Below the pieces are notes generated by a model that saw only the letters and a program-made list of their open reading frames with translations, made no database searches and was not told where the DNA came from. Both the position numbers and the translations under genes were made by a program. Of a DNA stretch of 64,000 nt, positions 37,622-49,864 are shown piece after piece. The DNA comes from Daphnia carinata (lineage: Eukaryota). Numbering within the stretch: position 1 is the first letter of the stretch; every line of letters begins with the position of its first letter. Location: the NCBI RefSeq assembly GCF_022539665.2, contig NC_081333.1:3596001-3660000 (forward strand). Direction: 5' to 3'.

Positions 37622-40221
37622 ATGCTGTCCATGGAGACGGCACTTTCCTCACCTAATTCAACCATTGATGTGGACAAGCCACGGGCCCCAAGGTTTGAAG
37701 CATATGTAATGACCGGGGATGCAATACTCAATCTGTCCAGGACAACCCACAGTCCAGAATACTTGCCAGTTCATTCCAAGAGAAGGTCAGTCCAGCAGCA
37801 GCCATCCAGTTCCGTACCTACTAGCCCAAGTGAACAGGCACTTATTCATCCAACTAAACCTTGGGAACCTGAAACTCCTGCCAAAACTCCTGTTTCTACT
37901 GCTACCATCAGGAGTTCCAAGTCAGAAGAAGCACTTATCCTTAATATGGAAGAAGAAAAATCCAAGAAAATTATAGAGGAAAGAACATCGTCACAGAGTT
38001 CACTAGGAGAAGGAATTACAGAGTCTGAAAGAATAGTGTGGACCTATAATGCCCCTCTATCTAGCATGACTGAAAAGGAATTACGTCGCTATGAAGCAGA
38101 TCAATTCTGGCTCAGCACAAGGTCTGAATCATCTTCCAAACAAATAAAACAGATTATCAAAGTAGAAGAAACCAAGGAAGTGAAGGAAGAACACGTCACT
38201 TCATATTCATGTGAGGTGGCTGATACAAGATTAGGTTGTGATACCCAAAATGGCCCATCAGTGGCTTCCACAGTGGTTGTTCAAGAGCCAATGAAATTAG
38301 GACAGCCAGAAGTGGAAAGCAACGGTGAAATACAAAAAGAAGACGATAATCCAGCCAATAATCCTGCCCGGCCTCCGTTGGCTCGAACGCCAACCGACGA
38401 GGAAAGCGATGCAGACAGCCTGCAATCGGTTCATTATAGCCCCAAAGGTGTCGATATGCCATCGGCTATTCGCCTGGCCAAACGGTTAGTTACCGGTCTC
38501 CTTGACCTCTTGTGACACTTTTTAATAAACAAAATGTTTGCTCCTTTTTCATTCAAAGGTTGTACTCTCTGGATGGATTCCAAAAATCTGATGTCTCGCG
38601 TCATCTGTCCAAGAACAACGATTTCAATAGGACTGTGGCTGAAGAATATTTAAAACATTTCGACTTTGAAGGCACCACGCTGGACGTGGCCCTACGCCGT
38701 TTTTTGCAGGCGTTCCAATTGACAGGCGAAAGTTCAGAACGTGATCGCGTTCTCGTACACTTTTCACGTCGCTATCTACAAGCCAATCCTGATAGTTTCT
38801 CCTCGCAGGTAATTTTTTTTTTAATTTCCTTTTCCAGTGTTGTATTTAAATGTATCTTCGCAAAATTTCATTGTAGGATGGCGTTCACATCCTTAACCTG
38901 TGCCCTCTTGCTGCTCAACTCGGACCTACACGGGAAGCATCAAGGTATGAAACGGATGACGTGCGCTCAGTTCATCAAGCGACTATCGGGACTAAATGAT
39001 GGCGGCAATTTCCCCGTCGATCTCCTACGCCGCCTCTATACCGCTATCAAGGGTAACGAGTTAAAATCAAATTTATTCATCATTATTATTATCTTTATTT
39101 TATTCAATAATTTTTAAAATTTTGTATGCCAAATAGATCAACCTTTAGAATGGGCTTCAGACAGCCCACAAGGACCAAGTCCTGGTGACTTAGAGCCCTT
39201 GGAAATTATTCCGTCTCCCGCTGCCAAAGAACTGTCGGCCAACCCGTATCTGGACATTCCGAATCCAACACAAAGCCAAGAGTTCAAAAAAGGCTACATC
39301 ATGCGGAAATGCTGTATGGAACCCAATGGCAAGCGGACTCCGCTGGGAAAACGCAGCTGGCGAATGTATTTTGCTGTGCTGAAAGATTTAGTTCTTTATC
39401 TCTACAAAGACGAGGCCACTTGTAAAGGTGAACATCCACCTAAATCGTCCACAATGCGGTCTAAGAAAGCTGTTCCCGATGCCGGACCTGCCGCCATTAT
39501 TCGTGTTCATCATTCTCTGGCCGCTAGTGCTCCGGACTATACGAAAAAGAAGAACGTCTTCCGACTCTTTACAGCCGATCGCGCTCAGTACCTTATCCAA
39601 GCCAGCGATACCAAAGTAAGACGGAACCCCTTAACTCTTTAAAAATAACTGCGAAGCCGAAGCAATAAATATTTCATTCTATTCTTGGTAACATAAGGAG
39701 TGGCGTTGTTGGATGGATGCTCTTAACACGGCAGCTTCATTACTCTCCGCCCCTCCATTGGCAGCTCCATGCGGTTCTCAGCAGCGTTTCGAACGCCCTT
39801 TGCTTCCAGCTAGTTTGACAAAATTGTCGGCAAGGGACCAGCTGATGGATCACGAAGAGCGTGTCGCTCAATTGGAGCAAGATTTACATGAACATCGAGC
39901 CAATCCGCCGTCATCCAAAGCGAAATCTGTCCATGTAAACTGTTACAGAGAAAAAGACGCTTACCTGCACTTTGAGGTATAAATTTTGTCAAATGAATTG
40001 CCCACATTGCAAAATGCATTTTATTTTTTTTCCTATTTCAATAGAAAACCCGTTATGAGGCTTACATAGCAGTTTGCGGTGGACTTCAAGCGGCGCTGGC
40101 CGGTTCCACCGTCAGCCGTGACATTTCTTTGTTGGAGTTGGACGAGTCGCCGTGCTCCGATTCGGGTACGACCAGTCCCGATTTGAAACCGAACGACCAG
40201 GAATTTTCCGCGCGTTTGTAA
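37622..40221 (+). CDS. PSD: PH and Sec7 domain Arf6 GEF (EFA6/PSD family); 5' start uncertain, apparent +1 frameshift near 38890
   Basis: Sec7 motifs SAIRLAKRLYSLDGFQKSDVSRHLSKNNDF, LTGESSERDRVL and TCALLLLNSDLH. PH motifs KGYIMRKCCMEPNGKRTPLGKRSWRMY and HHSLAASAPDYTKK. Also SAPPLAAPCGSQQRFERPLLP and the coiled coil YLHFEKTRYEAY. Confidence 0.9.
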
Positions 40222-41288
40222 TCAAAAGACAAACAACAAAACAACTAAAATAAAGAACAAGCGAAACAATCCAGGAAAAACATTCTTTGACCCCGTTCCC
40301 AACACCCTACCGACTCAGCCGGCAGCTCCGCCAATGTATACAAAATTTCCCCGTCTTGTTCTCTTCCCATCACTGAACCTTTGTGTCGGGTGACATATTT
40401 TTTCTTCTTCTTTGTTTGTTGTAATTTGTGGTTAACCTTCGACGAAATTTCAACGCTTGTATTGGGAAAAAAAGAAGACATGACAGTGGCAATTTCTGTC
40501 GGGACTGGACATCACTGAACGCAAATCATTATCTGATTGAACGCTTTTGTTTTCTCTAATGGCGAAAGATTTCTGTCGTCCATTTTTTTTTTTTGTGAGA
40601 TTTTTTTTCTAGTCAAGAGTTTAAGACTTTTCCTTGTTTCTGTCTTTCTCCAGTTTCTTTTTCTTTCCGCTACAGTACTGGGCTTTTTCCTATATATATG
40701 CTACGCAAAGTAAGTCCTCTATTTTTATGTTCACTTCAGTGATCGAGTTCATCTGTTGCCCTAAATTCTACGTAAAGACAATTAAGCGGAAAGAAAAGAG
40801 AAGAAAAAACAAAAAAAAAAGAAACAACAAAGCAACCAGCCCGCCTTGACGCATTATAACAGCTTCCCGTATTAATCATTTCCTTTTCTTTGAAAAATTT
40901 TCGATAGCGGCCAATACATTCTCTGACCTGTACTCACGAATGTTGTTCCAGCTTTTCAAGAGTCTCCCCCCGAATGCTGTGTCAGCCCATTTAGACGTTC
41001 ACCTTCATGATATTGCGTGCTTATTTCCAGCCATTCACTTGATTGTCTCTTCCGTTTTTTAAAGGTTAGTTTTGGGCACATTTTTTTTGTACTCTACAGG
41101 TGAAAAATGGGACATGACGAGTTTTGTAAAACTATGTATGTGTGGACGGATTGCAGTCTGTCACTTATATATTGCGAAGAAAAAAATACAGATTATACAC
41201 GTAAAAAAACATTGATTTTTTAATGTAATAGGTAACAGCTTTTAGCATATGATCATTTCATCATTCATTAATTTTATTATTCCTTTCT

Positions 41289-43004
41289 TTAGATTTTCCT
41301 TAAATCGACAACACTTACTGGAGCGGTTGGATGAATCTGAATGTGACTAGCGACCTATTTCGTAAATTATAATTGAGATTGATGATAAGCGGAAAAAGCC
41401 GTTTAACATACCTCAAATAATGGAGGAGTTGATGGATGAGGATGGAAGCCCTGCTGTCGGCACGAGGCGATCAAATCCAAACCGTGGTTAGTGGTTAGAG
41501 TGAAATATCCAGTCCTGAATAGGATAAAACGCACATTGGAAAAGGCAAAACAAACCTCATCACGTTTTTTCTCACTCGTTATATTTCGGAGCGCAAACGA
41601 CTGCTACGGCTTCCGGCATCATTAGCTGGTAAGAGCAATGGGTGTGCAGGTCGACGCTAGATAGGAAAGCCGTTTGCGTTGGATGAGTCTGTATAGAAGA
41701 GTCAAAACAAGGTTGTGAGAATTTCTTTAGCTGTAAATTACGGATACGGTTAACATCTCACATGAATCCATCCCAACGTAACAAGACTGTGTTTATCTTG
41801 CACGTCAAACAACTCCTCCTCGTTCTGCGTCGTGCACGAATCGGATGTGCCCTTTTGTTTGGGAATTAGTAAATGAGTGATGTGAAACTGATTTTGCGCC
41901 TGAAGTTAATTCTTGTTGTGTTACCGAGATAAGTTTAACTCTGTCGCAATACTACCAATTTTCCCGCAAGAATTCCGCATGTTTCGACGTTGTTTTTAGT
42001 GTTGGAATCAGCCAAGGAAACAAACTCATCCAGAACTGAAGCGGGTAAAACTACCGTTCTCAATCCAGATGGCCCTAAAAAAATCGTTCGCGGTTTGAGG
42101 TTGCGGTCAAATCCAGGCACTTCTCTGAAATCGTAAAGGGAAAACCCCGCGTTATTTGGACCAAAAAATATGGTAGTTACTGGAAACCATACACGTACTT
42201 TGCAGCAACTTTCGTTTCGTGGGTTGCTGAAGGCACATAGTTGCTAGGGTACAAGTTGTTGGTCGAGAAAATGGGGGCTAGTCCGTCTGGCTTTGCCGGA
42301 ACAGATTTTTCATTTGATGGTCGATGCCCAACGTACACCAAAGATTTGTCCTTCTCCACTTGGTACTGCCTTCGTCGTTCTTCATCCTCTTTCTTTATTC
42401 GTATCGCCTCCCTTTCTTTTTCCAATCTCAGAATTTCCTCTTGTTTTTTCTTGGCCTATACTCAAATAAAATTTATTAATGACTTACCAAAAGTAGTATG
42501 TTAGCTAACCATCTCCTCTTCATACAAGTCATGCTCTTGCTGAAATATGTGAAGCAATTTTTGCTTCAGTGTTTCAGTTTTCGGGAAGACCTCCTTAATT
42601 TTTGGGTTAAATTGAGATCTCTCAGTGGTTGACAATGTATGGTATTCTGGATGTTCAATGATTTTTTCTACAAAAATCCTTCAAGATACATTTCAGACAT
42701 TGGCCATTATTTTCATTTTTATGTTAGTTAACTGATCAAATTACGTAAGAAACTTCAAGTACAAGGTGTAGGCATTTTCAATACTGCCTTCCTTGTAGTA
42801 AACGTCAGCCATTCTTAACATTTCTGTTCCAGAACGAAAATACCTAACAAATAATTAATGTCTGTTTTGTTTCAATTTAACAGAAAACTATGCAACATGA
42901 ATAGAATACCTTTGGATGGGAACTCTACTTTCAAGTTTGATGCTACTAGCAAAGTTTGTCAAGGTTCTGAGTCTGGTTGATGGATCTTGAGACCGCACAT
43001 CCAT
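41289..43004 (-). CDS. STAMBP: STAM-binding protein / AMSH-like JAMM deubiquitinase, multi-exon
   Basis: N-terminal [15 protein letters not shown]...[10 protein letters not shown], then [14 protein letters not shown], the JAMM motif [21 protein letters not shown], and CRQQGFHPH. Confidence 0.93.
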
Positions 43005-43780
43005 TTTGATAAACACAACGGTCTATGCACCGAATATCAATGCTGATGGTACGTTTGCAATCAGATTCCAAGGATCACTTCTTACTTAAATGTTACTTGT
43101 TCGGCTAGATGACTCATAGCCGTATTTCGGACTCTAGGGAGATGTTTTGACTTGTGATTCTTTTATTGTGATGATAGCTTTATAACGCAAATTTTAAGCA
43201 GTATACTCAACGACAGTAGTGTAACTCGTTCGACATATTCTAATTGTTGTTTTAATTTTTACATCGAGATCACTGACATGTTTACAAAATAAAAGCCCTC
43301 TAAATAATAATAAGCCGGAGGATGAGAAACTGCCTGAGGGCTACGTTATTCTACTGGAACAAACCCATAAGAGCTTTTGGCCCCCTATAGCGATACTTAG
43401 GAGTTATAATGCATTAGAATATGAAAATTTTCTTTGCTTTTATTTTATTAATTTGTATCCAATTTTAATTAAAGTTCATTCGAATTTTTATTGGAAGTTG
43501 AAAATTTACTTTTGAAGGTAATTTGTGCTTACAAAAGTAAGCAATGACGTTTTGTAAAGAAGTGGGTACTGGTAAAGTTGCGCGGGGCCTTTGGAACATT
43601 GCCTTGATTCCCCTATGGCATTAACCAGGTAAGTTATATTGGTTTCACCTTAAGACTTAACAATCCATTTCAGTATTCTAAATTATTTTTCTGTCATTTA
43701 GGTATCATCCAATACCGATAGATGGCATCCCTATGTGTATGGATCCCAAAGAACCCATGGCACAGGACATCACTGAGGAC

Positions 43781-44622
43781 GGGTCAGTGTAAAATGCGGA
43801 CGCGGACCGCGGACTGCGGACAGTATAAACTGCGGACTTTTACCTGCGGACTGTCAAAAAAGTTTTGACAGTAGTCCGCAGTTTATCCATACCACAACGG
43901 TCCGCAGTCCGCGTATTATACGGGAATACAGCATAGCACATAAGCATTGAGGCAGACAAACCAGCACTCTGCTGCTTGATACGTCAAATCAGATAGACCT
44001 GTGAAGAGATCAAATTAGTTATCAAGGTAACTGGCAAAATTAAAATTGATGAAAAATTTATTAAAGTATTGCATTCCACAATAAAGACATCACATTTATG
44101 GGCGTGTTTTGATTGTGCAACATGTTTTTAGGGTGAAATTATCAAGAAGTGATAAAGTACTATTTAAACATAAAGATGGAGGTAAAAATTTTTAAAATTA
44201 GAAGATGACGTATGTTAAAGAAAAATATTTTTACTTTGCGATGAACCAACCATATTTGTGTCAATTTGTTTATCGGTTAATAAATTACCCTGGGATAGAA
44301 ACTGCTCTTTATTTCGTATTTCCAATAAACAGTATGTTGCCTTAATTATAATTAAGTTTGTTATTTTAGTATTTGATAATTTAAATACCGATATCAAGGG
44401 TATTGTAAATTTGTAATGGGGTCCGGGTAGGCAATGGGTATTGTAAGTCCGCAAAATATCAGTCCGCTGTTTATCCTACTTGTTCCGCAATTTCAGACGG
44501 TACACGTACGATACGGTCCGCATTTTACCCCGAGGTCCGCGAATATTTTTTAAAAATTTTTTTGACAGTCCGCAGGTAAAAGTCCGCAGTCCGCGGTCCA
44601 CGTCCGCATTTTACACTGACCC
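43781..44622. mobile_element. Non-autonomous Mutator-like MITE (842 bp)
   Basis: TIRs GGGTCAGTGTAAAATGCGGACG... / ...CGTCCGCATTTTACACTGACCC, a perfect 10-bp TSD CACTGAGGAC (43771-43780 and 44623-44632), subterminal GCGGAC repeats and no transposase ORF. Confidence 0.92.
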
Positions 44623-44737
44623 CACTGAGGACCGAGAACGTCTTGTTAATTGTTCCTATTAGTTAACCCATTGACTACCACGCATTTTGCTCATTTTTTT
44701 TTAGCTTTAGGGTCCGGCCACGCTGTGTTATATATAA

Positions 44738-46987
44738 TATTGTTCTTCCTCTTGATCCCTAGGTAAAAGCTAGCTTCAGACTAGTTATGTATATTCAATA
44801 TTATCTTTAATTTACGTTTAGGATTGGATAGCACGCTTGGTGGGTTCAAGGCAATGATTACTGGCCTATGCGTAACGCTGGGCCGAAGGCGGGAACTATT
44901 TGTTGGAATATTACTCGTTTTCATCTACCTGTGCGCTCTACCGCCCACCACTTATGTAAGGAAGGCGAATTGTAATCTCCTTTAGATAATGATGTAGAAG
45001 TTATGATTTTATTATGAACAGGTGGAATGTATTTGGTGGATTTACTGAACGTCTACAGCCTAGGCATTGCCATCCTTTTCTTGGTGTTTGTGGAAGGAAT
45101 GGGCGTGAGTTGGTGTTATGGCACACAGAGATTCTCCAACAATATCGAATCTATGCTGGGATTTCAACCTGCACCCATTTGGAAGATCACTTGGGCGTAT
45201 GTCAGCCCCATTTTTATTTTGGTAATCAATTACACTATTCTGTTTCTGACATCGAAATATGTGGGGTGACTTCATGTTGTCATCACTTTGTTTAGTTAAT
45301 TTTCATCTGTACTCTGGTCGATCCGGTCCCATTGCATACATAAGATTATACTTATCCTGCCTGGTCCATCAAAGTCGGTTGGGTTCTCACAGCCATTCCG
45401 CTCTCTTGCATCCCTGTCTACATGATCTACAAATTCGGCATTACGAAAGGATCTTTTACACAGGTTTGTTGTTTCAGACGCCCTACCTTTATGATTCCTT
45501 GAAAAACTAAAGAGAATGATCATTTGCTTGTAGCGACTGGTGAAAATGTTTACACCGGAAGATACGAGTGATCCTCGGAATTTGTCGCAAATATCTTTGA
45601 CGGCTCGGGATGTCGTGGGGCCCAGCAGTGTCAGCCATCACCCCACCTCCTACGGCACTCAAGTCCGAATGAACAACCGAATCTACACTTAATTAAGTAT
45701 TTTTTTTTTTTTGTTTTTGATTTTTTTATTCGGGGATAAGGAATTAATTATTGTTCTGCTTTTACTTTTGTTTTCTACGATAAGTCATAGTAATATATTG
45801 ATGTTCATAGAAGTATAGTAGGGTAATATCATCAGTGATCATGGATATTTTTCATCTTAGTTTTATAAGACCCCTGTCGTTTCATTTTTGATTCGTTTTA
45901 TTGTTACTTTTATTATTATAAGATATTACAAGTAGCACATAATGATTGTATAACCATGGGAAAAGTTCCAGTAAGCAACAGCCAGCTTAAGGGGACTTGG
46001 TTTTTTTGGTATATGCTCTCTATCTAGACGCCGATTCCGTAAATAAACATGCAAGAGTCGGATTGTAATAAATCATCTCTCAATTTTCAATGGCAACGCT
46101 CTATCCGCTCAACTAATAGCAACAGCTGCTTTGTGAGCTTATTCAAATTTGCCTATTCAAGAAAACATGCAAGACATTATGCACCCACTACATGCGGAAG
46201 CGCCAGACAGATGTCAACATTTCCAGCGCATTTGTTTCGTATATTAAGTACTTCTAATCGGATTGACAAAGAGCAGAATCAGAGATAGATCTGTGTGTTT
46301 AAAAAGATTGAATTGGGTTGATACATGTAAGGTACCAGTTTATGTAGATTTATTTATTGGATAAAGTCTATGTTTTGAGGTATACAAACAAAAATGGAGA
46401 ATCGAAAGAATCTTACTCTTCAACTCAATAAATGAACAGGTTGTTTCACCAAATCATTTTAGAATGGTAAAATTTAAAAATGGTATGAAAACAAATGTGA
46501 TATGTTTTTTGTATGCACAGTGAATTTCTTTCAGCTAGGAAATTATTTTCCACTTTAATCCTGTATTGAGAACAAAAATACTGTGATTTACTTCTCCGTG
46601 CCATTGCCAGTCCAACCAGCCAATGTCAGGGTGGCACCAACGGCCAGGCAACCAAAAACTGGTGAGTTTTCTATTGATATTATTGCTAAATTTTCCTTGC
46701 ATCGTGCTAGCGCTGTAGCGTACTGGCGCGCTAGCGTTGTGTCAAATAATCTGTGTATTTCAAAAACGATTAACTTATTGGAAAAAATAGCAATTTGCCG
46801 GAATCAGCATTTTATTTTGATTATATCCAGTCATATTCAACCAATTCCAAAGAGTGTCAGTTTTTGCAAAAAAAAATTTAAGCCCGACTTATTTTTTCGT
46901 TTTTTACGTTTAATTATATAACCATAAGTCCAATTGAAAAGTAAGTTTGATTTCCATGATAAGCATTCAATTCTGAATCGAAATCCT
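44738..46987 (+). pseudogene. SerT: Inverted partial duplicate of the SERT 3' exons, 3' UTR and downstream flank
   Basis: Reverse complement of about 5459-7520 with introns retained. It has no 5' part, a 12-nt deletion near 44872, a 1-nt loss at the exon start near 45022, and the stop changed TGA>CGA at about 45666. Confidence 0.9.
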
Positions 46988-47346
46988 AGCGGTAGATGAC
47001 TACGTGTAGGAAAAAAAGAAAAAAGTGTGATTTTTTTTTTTTTTTGGCAAAAATTTTTTTTTTTTTTGTGTAAAACTATGGCATATGGCAATCCGTTTTA
47101 CATAAAAAAAAATGTCGGAAAAAAAAATCGTATGGCAATATGGCAATCCGTTTTACATAAAAAAAAAAAAGGCGGAAAAAAAAAATCGCACTTTTTTCTC
47201 TTTTTTCTACCCGTAGCCATCTATCAGTCGGTTTCGTTATTACAGGCATGTAAGCAATTTGAGTTAATTGTATCCCATTAGCAGTTAATTGAGTAGCGTG
47301 GCTGGAGGGCTGGAGAACAACGCGTGGCTGGAGGAACAATTGAAAA

Positions 47347-48800
47347 ATGGATAAGATAATAAAACAAAAAAATGGTAAGTATAAACATTATTATATTGGT
47401 TTTCAATTATTAATTATTGTTTATTAGATCAAATTATGAAGCTGCAGGCCCAATTATTGGAACAACACAAAATATTAGATAACAAAGCTAAGGATCGTAG
47501 GCCTAACACGTAATGATTCTATTTATTTGCTTTTATTCATTCGTGTTTTGTAGCTCAAATTTTGAGTCTTCAAGCTCAGCTGGGGGAAAAGAACAAATTG
47601 GAACGGAACAGTTTCCAAACAGTGAAGGAGGTTTTTCAAAACTCATCTCTAACTGAACGTGAGGATGAGTTGGCATTAGGCGAACACAGCCAGGTACCTA
47701 AAGTTTTCAAATAAGAATTCAAAATAAGTATAGAATTTTAAAAAACAATTATTTATTGCTTAGTTCTTCAGTCCACCACCTGACAGTGTGTTAAATTTAA
47801 ATTCTGTTAGTGCTGCACTAAAAGAATCGTTAGTAATAAGCTCATGCAGTGAAGGAACTGAACAATTGTGGGACCGTATTTGGGCCGAAAATGGGTGTGG
47901 TACAGAAACCCAGAAATGGCACAAGTTCAACATGAAACATGGATTAGGTACTTTTCGGTTTTTTGTCTATCGAAAAAGTATTTTTAATGCTATTATTTTG
48001 CATTCACAGATTTTAACGGGGGATGAAATCAAGTCTGGAAGTGTTACAGGATGGAAGAGTGAGCCTAAAGATGAAAAAACACTGAGAGTGCATTACCGTA
48101 AGGTGTGAGGTAAATTAATAGAGTAATGCAAATTGCCTAATGAGAAGTACCATCTTGTGTTAATGAATCCAGTACAACAGCAATCCTTTATAGTTCTGTC
48201 ACAGCTAGAAGCCTCAAATAATTCTGCTTCTCTGTCTAAAGAACAACTTGTCCTTTACGTTCAGAGTGTTGGGGAAACTGGGTACTTAAATGGCCCTAAA
48301 GATGTTTTAATTTTGCTGCTATTGCAGAGATGAACATCATACATGGACTCTTTAGGTATGAAAGGATTTTTCTTCAAATAATTTTGAATTTATGACGAAG
48401 AATTTCTCCTCCTTTTTGCCAACCAGGTCTTATCTACCAAAAAAAATTTTATCCAATAGGAAAGGATTTTCATGTACTGGGAAAACAACTATCAACAATG
48501 CAACATTCTACAGGTGCTAGTTTATCATTCAAGAGCCTTATACAATGAAGTTAATCTGCAATTTGTATGTCCTTTCCCAAGCTTCCACCAGAAGTTGAAT
48601 CTATGAGTCATGTAAGTTCCATGATCAACAATTGATGTGTTTAACGGTGTTGTTTTTCTTTTCTCAATATAGGTTAATAGTAACATTGGATCTGAAAAGA
48701 TTCTTGGTTGGGGCAAGACACTGAATAAATTGTATTGATTGGATGGATGACATGACATTGCTATACTTAATTCGGATTCCCCAGACGGTATTTGATATTA
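47347..48800 (+). pseudogene. Spliced gene of unknown function carried in the foldback arm (5' exons open, 3' exons degraded)
   Basis: Exons 47347-47374, 47428-47496, 47554-47693 and 47764-47947 are joined by GT-AG introns and give 140 open codons (MDKIIKQKNDQIMKLQAQLLEQHKILDNKAKDPQILSLQAQLGEK...EQLWDRIWAENGCGTETQKWHKFNMKHGL). Downstream exons contain stops. Confidence 0.6.
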
Positions 48801-49452
48801 AAAAAATTGAAGTGCATATCTGGGCTCCCTTCTTTTCTGAAGCCCCGTTTCCCCTTGACTCATAATAAGCCCGTAGGGGGTCATGCCCCTACTGTACGGT
48901 ATATATAAAAACAACATATACCGAGGTTTGGAGGGCTCTGGCCGGAAAGGGGACGTGGGGTGCCGCTTAGTCCGATGATGTGTTCACGGAGGGCGACGTG
49001 GCTACCCACAAATCCGAACTAAAGGTTAATCGCTCCTGTAAAAATGTTCCAAATCTTCAGCTCTTCTTCCGGCTTCTCTTAGCCAATCACCGGGTAATCT
49101 CCCCGGTGGGTCAACAAGGCAGTGTCTCCCCCTGCCTGGGTTGACGGCAACTTTTGAAAGGGCTATTGTGCCTTTTTAAAGTTGCAAAAATAATTGTAAT
49201 GTGTAGAGAATTGTCAATAAATTTTTTTTTATCAAATGTTTTTTGCAAAATTTGTTTCTTTAATTGTCTGTGTTCGCTTATTTTTATTTAGCTCGCTCAA
49301 TTCGTCTTTATTGTTTTTGCCACCGTTGTATCGTTTATCTGTAAGTATTCAATTATTATTTATTACACTTTTTGAATTCTTGAACTTAGACAAGGAACAA
49401 CGTGTAATACCTGGATATTTTCTGAAGTAATTTTGTATTTGTATGTTGTTTT

Positions 49453-49520
49453 ACTGGTATGGGAATCGATCCCCAGACATTCAGCGTGCAACGCCGATGC
49501 TCTAACATTGAGCAACGAGA
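49453..49520 (-). ncRNA. tRNA-derived cassette a', copy 2
   Basis: Minus strand GCTCAATGTTAGAGC-A-TCGGC-GTTGCAC-GCTGA-ATGTC-TGGGGATCGATTCCCA. Confidence 0.55.
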
Positions 49521-49619
49521 TATATTTTAATTTTTTATTATCGCATATCATATGTTATCGTCTAGGATGTATATGCAGTCTTTCACAACTATATGTTTAT
49601 CTTTCTATTGCTTTCATAA

Positions 49620-49689
49620 GGTCCGTAGCTCTGTGGTAGAGCATCCAGCTGCGATAACTGATACCGTGGGTTCAAACCTTAGTAGATGT
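49620..49689 (+). ncRNA. tRNA-derived cassette b', copy 2
   Basis: GGTCCGTA-GCTCTGTGGTAGAGC...GTGGGTTCAAACCTT. Confidence 0.6.
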
Positions 49690-49795
49690 ATAAAGATCTA
49701 TATCAAAATGTAGAAAAGAATATTGCATTCCAGTTTTATTCAAAGTGTAAATGCAACTCCGCAAGTGACTAGAAAAAAACCAACTTGACATCATA

Positions 49796-49864
49796 TGATT
49801 CATGGTTCATTGGTAGAGCATCGGCGCGGTATGCCGAATATCCAGGGATCGATCCCTGGATTAC
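49796..49864 (+). ncRNA. tRNA-derived cassette c', copy 2
   Basis: TGGTTCATTGGTAGAGC-A-TCGGC-GCGGTAT-GCCGA-ATATC-CAGGGATCGATCCCTG. Confidence 0.55.
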
